This document shows positions 56,505-64,000 of a stretch of DNA of 64,000 nucleotides, in pieces (position 1 is the stretch's first letter; each line of letters begins with the position of its first letter). The translations under genes were made by a program, and so were the position numbers. The stretch is from Euryarchaeota archaeon UBA251 (GTDB lineage Archaea; Thermoplasmatota; Poseidoniia; Poseidoniales; Thalassarchaeaceae). The stretch covers positions 3,929 to 67,928 of the forward strand of contig DAFJ01000073.1 of NCBI GenBank assembly GCA_002497905.1, read 5' to 3'. The notes below the pieces were generated by a model. That model had not been told where the DNA came from. It saw nothing but the letters and a program-made list of their open reading frames with translations, and searched no databases.

Positions 56505-58526
56505 ATGCACGTCGACCTCAGTTCATTGGCTGAGGGGATTCCTAAGCACCTCCCACCCCTTGCAATCCTTGACGAAACTGTAGATCATGCACCTGCACGT
56601 CGTTCTATTCTTGATTCTGCTGAGGAGAAACTTGCAATCCGTAATGCATTGCGATACTTTCCTAGCGAATGGCACCCCACTTTAGCTCCAGAGTTCCTCG
56701 AGGAACTCAGAACGTTCGGCCGAATCTACATGCATCGATTTAGGCCACTCGATGTGCCAATGCGAGCTCACCCCATCGACCTGTACCCCGCACGCACCTC
56801 TCATGCAGCTGCGATTATGCACATGATTCAGAACAACCTCGACCCAGCAGTCGCTCAGTTCCCACATGAATTAATCACATACGGCGGTAATGGTGCTGTG
56901 TTTCAGAACTGGGCACAGTATCGTATTACTATGAAGCATCTCTGTGAGATGACTGACCATCAAACCCTAGTGATGTACTCTGGACACCCCTTGGGCCTCT
57001 TCCCTAGCAGTGAGGCAGCCCCCCTAGTTGTGGTGACAAATGGGATGGTTATTCCGAATCATAGTTCTAAGGAGGATTATGATCGCATGAATGCTCTTGG
57101 AGTGAGCCAGTATGGTCAGATGACTGCTGGTTCTTACATGTATATAGGGCCACAAGGAATTGTGCACGGTACGACAATTACTCTCTTGAATGCGGCTCGA
57201 CTATATCTCGATCTTCCCATTGGTAAGAATCTCTCTGGCATCCGTTTCGTAACCAGTGGACTCGGGGGGATGTCTGGCGCTCAGGCAAAGGCGGCAGTGA
57301 TTGCCGGTGCATCCTGCATTGTGGCTGAATCGAATCCTGTTGCAGCAGAGAAAAGACACCAGCAAGGTTGGGTTGATCTTTTGTTTAACGATGTGGATTT
57401 GGCTATCGATGCAATGGTTGAATCAAGTGATTCTGGCGAACCGATATCTATCGGATACGTGGGCAATATTGTCACTTTGTGGGAACGTCTCGTTGAACGT
57501 GAGGTTGATGTCCATCTCGGTTCTGATCAAACCTCTCTTCACAATCCCTTCCAGGGTGGCTATTTCCCTGTAGGTCTAGATTTTGATGATGCTACAAAGA
57601 TGATGTCTTCTAACCCAGAAGGGTTTGCAGAACTTGTGCGTATTTCGTTGGTGAGACATGTGGACGCAGTCAATACTATGGTGGGTCGAGGTATGCATTT
57701 CTGGGATTACGGCAACGCTTTCCTACTCGAAGCAGAGAGGGCGGGGGCCTCCATAACAGATGATCAGGGGGAGCCGCTTTACCCGTCTTATGTCGAAGAC
57801 ATAATGGGTCCGTTATGCTTTGATCTAGGATTCGGTCCGTTTCGCTGGGTAGTCACTTCCGCGAATGCAGTAGATCTTCAGGAATCGGATCGCATTGCAG
57901 CTAATGTTTTGCGTTCTATGATGGATTCCGCTGCCCCGTCTATCAAACAGCAGATTGCTGACAATCTTCGCTGGATTGAACATGCACAGGAAAACGCTCT
58001 CGTTGTTGGTTCCCAAGCGCGCATCCTCTATGCTGACGATGTAGGGAGGCGTTCCATCGCTCTCGCGTTTAATCAGGCGATTGCTGAAGGTCGGATCACA
58101 TCACCTATTGTTCTGGGTAGAGACCATCACGACGTTAGCGGTACTGATTCTCCATATCGTGAAACTGCTAACATAAGGGATGGCTCTCGTTTTACAGCTG
58201 ATATGGCTGTACAGAATTTTGTTGGTGATGCATTTCGTGGTGCCACCTGGGTCAGCCTTCACAACGGAGGCGGAGTTGGTTGGGGTGAAGTAATGAATGG
58301 CGGATTTGGCATGGTAATCGATGGCTCGGAATCGAGTCGTGAACGCATCGAATCAATGCTCCATTGGGATGTTAACAACGGTATTGCACGTCGGGCATGG
58401 GCAAGGAACCGGCCTGCTGAGGAGGCAATCGAACGAGCCATGGTCAACGAACCTCGCCTCAAGGTCAATCTTCCGAACCATGTGAGCGATGAACTCATGG
58501 ATGACCTGTTAGGTGGCGAATCATGA
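56505..58526 (+). CDS. hutU: Urocanate hydratase, long (about 670 aa) form
   Basis: LAIRNALRYFP, ITYGGNGAVFQNW, TSGLGGMSGAQAKA, RDHHDVSGTDSPYRETANI. Confidence 0.9.
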   Translation: MHVDLSSLAEGIPKHLPPLAILDETVDHAPARRSILDSAEEKLAIRNALRYFPSEWHPTLAPEFLEELRTFGRIYMHRFRPLDVPMRAHPIDLYPARTSHAAAIMHMIQNNLDPAVAQFPHELITYGGNGAVFQNWAQYRITMKHLCEMTDHQTLVMYSGHPLGLFPSSEAAPLVVVTNGMVIPNHSSKEDYDRMNALGVSQYGQMTAGSYMYIGPQGIVHGTTITLLNAARLYLDLPIGKNLSGIRFVTSGLGGMSGAQAKAAVIAGASCIVAESNPVAAEKRHQQGWVDLLFNDVDLAIDAMVESSDSGEPISIGYVGNIVTLWERLVEREVDVHLGSDQTSLHNPFQGGYFPVGLDFDDATKMMSSNPEGFAELVRISLVRHVDAVNTMVGRGMHFWDYGNAFLLEAERAGASITDDQGEPLYPSYVEDIMGPLCFDLGFGPFRWVVTSANAVDLQESDRIAANVLRSMMDSAAPSIKQQIADNLRWIEHAQENALVVGSQARILYADDVGRRSIALAFNQAIAEGRITSPIVLGRDHHDVSGTDSPYRETANIRDGSRFTADMAVQNFVGDAFRGATWVSLHNGGGVGWGEVMNGGFGMVIDGSESSRERIESMLHWDVNNGIARRAWARNRPAEEAIERAMVNEPRLKVNLPNHVSDELMDDLLGGES

Positions 58527-60028
58527 TTCGCATCGATGGCTCCAGTCTCTCTCCGTCGGATGTGGCGGCCATCGTAGGCGGTGATTACGATGTGCACCTC
58601 GATGATACTTGCCGCGAAGCAGTCGAAATTTCTCGGCGGGCAGTGGAAGATATTGTTGCTTCCGGGCGACCCGCGTATGGAATCAATACTGGTTTTGGAG
58701 ACTTGGTTCGTGTTGCCATCCCTGACTCTGATCTGAAGGACTTACAGAGTAATTTAGTTCGCAGTCATGCATGTGGAATCGGAGAGGAAATGCCACCTGG
58801 TGAGGTCCTCGGAATGATGGCAATCCGTGCGAATTCACTCGTTACTGGACATAGCGGAATTCGATGGTCTACGATTCAGAGCCTTGTAGCCATGATTCGT
58901 GCAGGCATTGCCCCTGTTGTCCCTCGTATTGGTTCGCTTGGGGCCTCCGGTGATCTTGCTCCTCTTTCTCACATGGCATTGGGCCTGATGGGTGAAGGAA
59001 TGGTAAATGTTCGAAACAATGGAATTTGGCAGAAGGAAACAGCAGAGAATGCTCTTCGCACAGCAAGTATAGAACCGGTCGTACTTGAAGCAAAAGAGGG
59101 TCTTTCGCTCATCAATGGGACATCACAAATGTGCCTATGGATTTCTCTTGCAGAACAACGTATGAGTGGTTTGATGGCTGCTGCTGAGGTTGCCCTTGCA
59201 CTTTCAATCGAGGGTGCCCACGCTTCAATGACTCCATTCCATGAGCGATTACACCAAGTTCGTCCACATCCAGGGCAAATGAAGGTCGCCTCTCAGATGC
59301 GTCATCTATTATCTGACAGCCCTAACATGGCATCTCACGAAGGTTGTGAAAAGGTCCAGGACGCCTATTCCTTCCGATGCTCTCCCCAAGTGCTAGGTGC
59401 AATCCAAGAGTCACTCGATCGTGTTCGTTCCACCATCGCGATTGAACTGAACAGCACCACTGATAATCCTCTCATCTTCACAGATTCAGGTGATACAGAA
59501 GTAATCTCGGGGGGGAATTTCCATGGAGAGGTACTTGGAATGGTTTCTGATGACCTTCATCTAGCAGTCCACGAGATATCATCAATTTCCGAGCGTCGTA
59601 TCGCTAAGTTGCTAGATCCTGTTACAACAGGATTGACCGCATTTCTAGCTGCGGATCCTGGATTGAATAGCGGTCTGATGATTTTACAGTATGCTGCGGC
59701 AGCATCGGTGGCAGAGATTCGTGCACGAATCGGTCCAGCGACAGCTACTAACATCGTTGTATCGGCACAGCAGGAAGATCACGTGAGTATGGGTGCGACC
59801 GCATCTTGGATGCTTCTGCAATCAATCGATAACTGTGCGGCAGTGGTCGCGGCCGAGATGATTACTGCATCGGAGGCGATGAGTCACAGGAGCGAAGATG
59901 TAGGTCCCAATCTAATATCGCATCTTCAGATGATTCGTGATGTTGTTCCACTGAATCCAAGCGATTCAAGACGCGACGAAGGTATCGCTGCTCTTGTACC
60001 AATCATCCTTGAAGGACGTTTCATTTGA
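58523..60028 (+). CDS. hutH: Histidine ammonia-lyase
   Basis: MIO-forming GSLGASGDLAPLSH, YGINTGFGD, QEDHVSMG. The ATG overlaps the hutU stop (ATGA). Confidence 0.92.
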   Translation: MIRIDGSSLSPSDVAAIVGGDYDVHLDDTCREAVEISRRAVEDIVASGRPAYGINTGFGDLVRVAIPDSDLKDLQSNLVRSHACGIGEEMPPGEVLGMMAIRANSLVTGHSGIRWSTIQSLVAMIRAGIAPVVPRIGSLGASGDLAPLSHMALGLMGEGMVNVRNNGIWQKETAENALRTASIEPVVLEAKEGLSLINGTSQMCLWISLAEQRMSGLMAAAEVALALSIEGAHASMTPFHERLHQVRPHPGQMKVASQMRHLLSDSPNMASHEGCEKVQDAYSFRCSPQVLGAIQESLDRVRSTIAIELNSTTDNPLIFTDSGDTEVISGGNFHGEVLGMVSDDLHLAVHEISSISERRIAKLLDPVTTGLTAFLAADPGLNSGLMILQYAAAASVAEIRARIGPATATNIVVSAQQEDHVSMGATASWMLLQSIDNCAAVVAAEMITASEAMSHRSEDVGPNLISHLQMIRDVVPLNPSDSRRDEGIAALVPIILEGRFI

Positions 60029-60902
60029 TAGCACTGAGGTTCTCTTCCTCGATGCGGTCGAGAATCGAAACGATGTCCTCTAAGCTAGTCAACTGCATGC
60101 ATCTGAAGCGCATCTTCATGCGAACTGGGCTTGAGATGTATTCCGCATCTTCAATTCGTACAAGACATTCGGTTGCTGTGCGGATGTCTTGCTCAATTCG
60201 TTGGTAGGCTTCTCGAGCAAGGTCGAGATCAATAGAAATCGCATCGATTAGTGAAGCCACATCAAAACCGAATGAAGCCCATGCTTCTGCTCGTCGTAAT
60301 AGGGATGGATAGTCCATTGATTCACTAGGCAGGCGTGCAAGCATTGGCGGCACATCCTTCACAGGACCATCGGAATGGATTCCAATCTCGGGTTCCTGTA
60401 TCGTATCTTCGAGTTCTTCTGATTCGATTATATCCGTATCGCCAATTGTTAGGGATGGTGCTTCCCTACGCAATCTCGCCCATTCTGAATCACTCATTGT
60501 GCCAGGAGCGCCGACGATGATAACGGTCCATTCGCTCGTTCGACAGATATCTACAACTCCACGAACAAACTTCAGGACAGATTCGAATCCATTCGTTCTG
60601 ACAAGGAGTTCAACACCTTCCTGCCAAAGGATGCCTCTACCTTCTCGGATGGTTCGTTCGATAATCGAGAAGAGGTTCTCTAAAGTTGGACGAATAGCTT
60701 GGTCTACATCGCGATCTGTAATCCATTGTATGGAATGAGGTGTTGTTCTCGCAGTATCTGGAATTTGTTTTGGGTTCGTACGCGTGAATGCACGTATGGG
60801 TGTCAGTTTTCCATGTGTTCGGTGAAGTGCCATCAAAGAGGTCACTGGGTCAATGGAGGGTGCCAGTCGGACCGTTCCAGGTTCCAGCACCCCGTCACTC
60901 AT
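60021..60902 (-). CDS. DUF835-like protein with C-terminal helical domain (hypothetical)
   Basis: AFTRTNPKQI...IQWITD...LWQEGVELLVRTNGFESVLKFVRGVVDICRTSEWTVIIVGAPGTMSDSEWARLRREA matches my recollection of the DUF835 pattern. ATG 60902; the track TTG 60971 is an alternative. The 3' end overlaps hutH by 8 nt (convergent). Confidence 0.5.
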   Translation of the reverse strand: MSDGVLEPGTVRLAPSIDPVTSLMALHRTHGKLTPIRAFTRTNPKQIPDTARTTPHSIQWITDRDVDQAIRPTLENLFSIIERTIREGRGILWQEGVELLVRTNGFESVLKFVRGVVDICRTSEWTVIIVGAPGTMSDSEWARLRREAPSLTIGDTDIIESEELEDTIQEPEIGIHSDGPVKDVPPMLARLPSESMDYPSLLRRAEAWASFGFDVASLIDAISIDLDLAREAYQRIEQDIRTATECLVRIEDAEYISSPVRMKMRFRCMQLTSLEDIVSILDRIEEENLSAIK

Positions 60903-61037
60903 GGTTCCAGTTTCCTGTTCACTGGGTTCATCAATGGAATGGTTCCGAGCCGCCAAATCGAACCGATTCAAGCGTGAACCGTTATAGCGAGAATAGGACT
61001 CCTAAGCATGCGGCCGTAAGGTCGAGGGGAAGATAAG

Positions 61038-63236
61038 TTGGCTGATGATGAGAAAGATATGGCCACCTGTGGCGCTTGCCAGACCGAGGTTCCCGCGGAT
61101 TCCGAGAGTTGTCCAAACTGCGGCGTCTCTTTCTCTGGTGTCGTCGAGGATAACTTAGGCGAGTGTGGCGCATGTTCAGCCCTCGTCGCACTTGATTCGA
61201 AGACATGTCCTCAGTGTGGCGTACTCTTCGTGCATGATGATGTGGTTGCAGTTCTCGCCGATTGGATGACATCTACAGGCCTTGATGTTGAGACCTTGTT
61301 CGGACGTTTGGATACTGATGGAAATGGTCACATCGACACTGAGGAATTGCGCACCGGGTTGATTGCTCTCAAAATCGCGGCGTTGCCACCAGTCGAAGTC
61401 GACCGTCTTGTTGCAGAGATTGATCAAGATAACAATGGTGAAATTGAGCTTGGTGAACTACAATTCATCCTTTCCAGCGGTTCTATGCAGTATGCGGAAT
61501 CTGTTCTTAATCGCGTAATGAAGAAGCACGATATCTCTGATGCAGATGCTTTCCTCCAATTCGCGCGTTCCTTTGATGAAAATGAGAATCGATATTTGGA
61601 TCAGAAGGAACTCAAAAAGGCGGCTGAAGCCTTTGTTGACAAACCCGAGCCAGAAATGGTGGATGAACCTGAAGATGTTGAAGAAGAGGAGGTGGAAGAC
61701 GAATCTCCAGATGACGCTGAAGAGGTAGAGGCAGATTCCGAAGAGGAGGTAGAAGACGAATCTCCAGATGACGCTGAAGAGGTAGAGGCAGATTCCGAAG
61801 AGGAGGAAACTGAGGAAGTCACAGAATCCGAGGATTCCGATGCGGATGAAGAGATGGACTCAGCCTTTGCTACAATGATTTCCGAATCTACGGATGAGGA
61901 AGCTGTTGAGTCCGAAGATGATGAATCAGAAGACGATACTGATTCTGACGACGATTCCGACGATGATGAAGAGCAGGAATCTTCTGGAAAGGGTCGTTCT
62001 TTCGATCCTAGTTCGCTTATCGATGATGACGATGACAATGTCGGCGATGACGACGAAGAAGAATCGTCCGATGACATGGATGACCTCATTGATTCCATCG
62101 ATGATGATGGCAGTGATGGCGAAGATACTGATGAGGAGTCCGAAGAGGAGGAACTTGCTCCGATGGATCAGGAGAGTGCCGATGGCATCATGCTGGAAAT
62201 CGGTCGAAATCTGAACGAGTCAAACACAACCATTGACGCACTATTCGAAGGATTTGATGTTGATGAGAGTGGGGAATTGGATCACTATGAGTTTGCAAAG
62301 GGTCTCAAGAGCCTTGATTTAGCGGATCTCCCTCCACATGAGATTGATCGTATCGTCAAGTTCCTGGACAAGGATGACAACGGTAAAATCGATTTGAATG
62401 AACTCCGTTCAAACTTCAACGAATGGAATGTGCCTATTTCTGATCTTAAGCCCAAGCGTTTTGAGCCCGCAGGTTGGCAGAAGTTCTTCATGAAACAATA
62501 TGAGAATGTCTTCCCAGTTATGTATGTGCTATTGGCTCTGTTCATTGCTGGTCTTCTTGTCAACGCGCTTGTAGGGCCAGTTGATGGCTCTGGAGGAAAT
62601 ATCGCATTTGATGGAGAAGTCGGTGAATTCTCAGTTGAGAATAATTTCTACGTCGAACCTGGCGAAATATATCCTTGTGATAAGGCGATCCAGGTCACTA
62701 ATTGTGCGAACTCACTTACACCACTTGCTGGAGAGAATGGTTCCAGTTCAATGCCTAAGAATTTCTACTGGGATGGAATTGTCGGTATGGTCTTGGGCAT
62801 CGGTCTACTCATTGGAAGTGTGTATCTTCAACTTCAGACGAAGGGTTGGAGAGAGACAGTCCGTGCAGAACGAAAGGCAGCTTCTGAGGATTCAGAAGAT
62901 GATGAGGATTCCACCGAAGATGGATCGACAGATACAGATGATGCTGACGATGAGGAATCAGAAGAAGTTCCAGATGAAGACGCAGAAGATGCAGAAGACA
63001 CTGAAGTGGATGATGCAGAAGAAGAGGATTCAGATGAATCCGATGAGGCTGTAGAAGATGGCGGGGATGGAATTGACGTCGGAGACAGAGTCGGTGTGGA
63101 ACTTGAGGATGGCGAAGAGGCGTTTGGCGAGATTCTCGAATTCATCGAAGAAGACGACGAGGAATTCGTCGTTGTGTTACTCGACGATGGCGACGAGGTC
63201 GAGGTTGAGTTCGACATGATCTTCCTCGAGGAATGA
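61038..63236 (+). CDS. Two-TM membrane protein with two zinc ribbons, five EF-hand loops and long acidic repeats
   Basis: CGACQTEVPADSESCPNCG and CGACSALVALDSKTCPQCG. EF loops DTDGNGHIDTEE, DQDNNGEIELGE, DENENRYLDQKE, DVDESGELDHYE, DKDDNGKIDLNE. TM helices VFPVMYVLLALFIAGLLVNALV and IVGMVLGIGLLIGSVYLQL. TTG 61038 or ATG 61059 start. Confidence 0.8.
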   Translation: MADDEKDMATCGACQTEVPADSESCPNCGVSFSGVVEDNLGECGACSALVALDSKTCPQCGVLFVHDDVVAVLADWMTSTGLDVETLFGRLDTDGNGHIDTEELRTGLIALKIAALPPVEVDRLVAEIDQDNNGEIELGELQFILSSGSMQYAESVLNRVMKKHDISDADAFLQFARSFDENENRYLDQKELKKAAEAFVDKPEPEMVDEPEDVEEEEVEDESPDDAEEVEADSEEEVEDESPDDAEEVEADSEEEETEEVTESEDSDADEEMDSAFATMISESTDEEAVESEDDESEDDTDSDDDSDDDEEQESSGKGRSFDPSSLIDDDDDNVGDDDEEESSDDMDDLIDSIDDDGSDGEDTDEESEEEELAPMDQESADGIMLEIGRNLNESNTTIDALFEGFDVDESGELDHYEFAKGLKSLDLADLPPHEIDRIVKFLDKDDNGKIDLNELRSNFNEWNVPISDLKPKRFEPAGWQKFFMKQYENVFPVMYVLLALFIAGLLVNALVGPVDGSGGNIAFDGEVGEFSVENNFYVEPGEIYPCDKAIQVTNCANSLTPLAGENGSSSMPKNFYWDGIVGMVLGIGLLIGSVYLQLQTKGWRETVRAERKAASEDSEDDEDSTEDGSTDTDDADDEESEEVPDEDAEDAEDTEVDDAEEEDSDESDEAVEDGGDGIDVGDRVGVELEDGEEAFGEILEFIEEDDEEFVVVLLDDGDEVEVEFDMIFLEE
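61683..61796 (+). repeat. Two tandem copies of a 57-bp in-frame repeat (third copy partial)
   Basis: GAAGAGGAGGT(G/A)GAAGACGAATCTCCAGATGACGCTGAAGAGGTAGAGGCAGATTCC at 61683 and 61740. Encodes EEEVEDESPDDAEEVEADS. Confidence 0.9.
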
Positions 63237-63239
63237 GCA

Positions 63240-63545
63240 ATGAGTGATGCTTCCCCTTCGTATGAATCTCTTGAATCCTGTCCGGATTGTGGCGCACTGA
63301 GTCGAGTTGGTACGGTTCGATGCCCAGAATGTGGGCGCTTCCACGCTAACATTCACGTTCGTCAGGAGGCGACAGTCGAAGACGCTCGTCGTGAGGCAAG
63401 AACACGTTCTTCGACAGAAGTTGACCCCTCGTTATATTCCCTCGATCCTTCGGCTGCCATTGATATTGATGGCGATGAAGATGTCGAGGAAGTCTCCCGG
63501 CCGTGGGATGGCGGTTCCACTGATTTCAGATTCGAAGAGGAGTAA
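63240..63545 (+). CDS. Small acidic zinc-ribbon protein (hypothetical)
   Basis: CPDCGALSRVGTVRCPECG ribbon. Starts 3 nt after the EF-hand gene stop and ends 1 nt before the alaX ATG. Confidence 0.5.
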   Translation: MSDASPSYESLESCPDCGALSRVGTVRCPECGRFHANIHVRQEATVEDARREARTRSSTEVDPSLYSLDPSAAIDIDGDEDVEEVSRPWDGGSTDFRFEEE

Positions 63546-63546
63546 A

Positions 63547-64000
63547 TATGGATACAGAAGCACGCTTACTTATCCATCCGAGTGATCAGCCATCTCCATT
63601 CACTAGTACTGTTACAGATGTGAATGAGGATTGGATTAGATTGGCATCAACAGAATTCTATCCAACGGGTGGTGGACAACCTCATGATACTGGTTCAATG
63701 AGTTGGAATGAAGGACGTTGTCAAGTAATCGATGTAAAAGGTCGGAACGAGGTTCTTCACCAAATTGAGGGGGAACTTCCAGTCGTTGGCACCATCGTTG
63801 ATTGTTCAATAGATGCTCCTCGTCGTATTCGTCTGGCACAGATGCATACTGCTCAACATCTCGCCAGTGCATTGGCTGATGAGGTGTGGGGTGCAGAAAC
63901 TGTAGGTAACCAGATAGGTATTGAGACAACCAGAATTGATCTCAAGTTTGAGGATCGAGATGCGTTTGATCCCTTGGATTTAATCGAACGTATCAACGAT
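63547..64000 (+). CDS. alaX: Alanyl-tRNA editing protein AlaX (partial; runs off right edge; not in ORF track)
   Basis: Hand translation from ATG 63547: MDTEARLLIHPSDQPSPFTSTVTDVNEDWIRLASTEFYPTGGGQPHDTGSMSW...RRIRLAQMHTAQHLASALADEVWG... The FYPTGGGQP and HTAQH (HxxxH) motifs are those of the AlaRS editing / AlaX family. Open to the window end. Confidence 0.8.

Noticed and set aside
61601-62098. 165-aa Ser-rich ORF on the minus strand. A similar 172-aa ORF lies at 62834-63352.
   Set aside because: Both are antisense shadows of the Asp/Glu-rich coding sequence of the EF-hand protein, because GAN codons read as NTC (Ser/Ile/Val-type) codons on the other strand. They are low complexity with no motifs, and the plus-strand frame carries clear ribbon, EF-hand and TM features.
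1-64000. Search for CRISPR arrays, rRNA, transposases/IS elements, toxin-antitoxin pairs or known defence-system ATPases/nucleases.
   Set aside because: I found no regularly spaced direct repeats, no large non-coding gaps, and no ORFs with integrase, transposase, Cas, restriction or abortive-infection motifs. The window looks like core chromosome.

Overview
This is a gene-dense chromosomal segment with mostly short intergenic gaps (under about 150 bp) and many 4-nt start/stop overlaps. It reads as archaeal: PAN, PriS primase, aMBF1, RtcB, Tsr3, archaeal-type AlaRS and ProRS, split transketolase, isopentenyl phosphate kinase and GGPP synthase are all present. The very acidic proteins, secreted hydrolases and bacterial-type thiolase/ETF suggest a marine planktonic euryarchaeote such as Marine Group II, but that placement is only inference. 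I support about 58 protein genes and 2 tRNAs (Ser-GGA, Thr-GGU). Two of the genes are edge-truncated and missing from the ORF track: a zinc-ribbon protein at 1-290 (-) and AlaX at 63547-64000 (+). I saw no rRNA, CRISPR array, transposase, integrase or recognisable defence system.

Housekeeping blocks:
- translation: alaS, proS, metG, alaX, rtcB, kptA, tsr3
- isoprenoid synthesis: an ipk plus idi-GGPPS fusion operon, and a thiolase
- futalosine menaquinone genes: mqnE/C, mqnA, mqnD
- a THF-dependent histidine degradation operon: formiminotransferase, cyclodeaminase, long hutU, hutH
- etfBA, mdh, coaBC, a Ca-type P-ATPase and an OPT transporter

Most interesting observations:
1. A 158-aa protein that looks like exactly one half of eukaryotic deoxyhypusine hydroxylase, with two His-Glu motifs.
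2. A MamK-family actin with no magnetosome genes in view, flanked by zinc-ribbon proteins.
3. Two large membrane proteins that share a conserved zinc-ribbon plus EF-hand-pair module, one also carrying thrombospondin-type-3-like Asp repeats. Together with the Ca-ATPase this suggests calcium sensing.
4. An FH1-like polyproline protein encoded by 45-bp tandem repeats.
5. A cysteine desulfurase translationally coupled to a polytopic membrane protein with a Cys-rich tail.
6. A recurring A/T box about 25-30 nt upstream of ATGs, which suggests leaderless transcripts.

All functional calls come from motifs read by eye. No database search was run.
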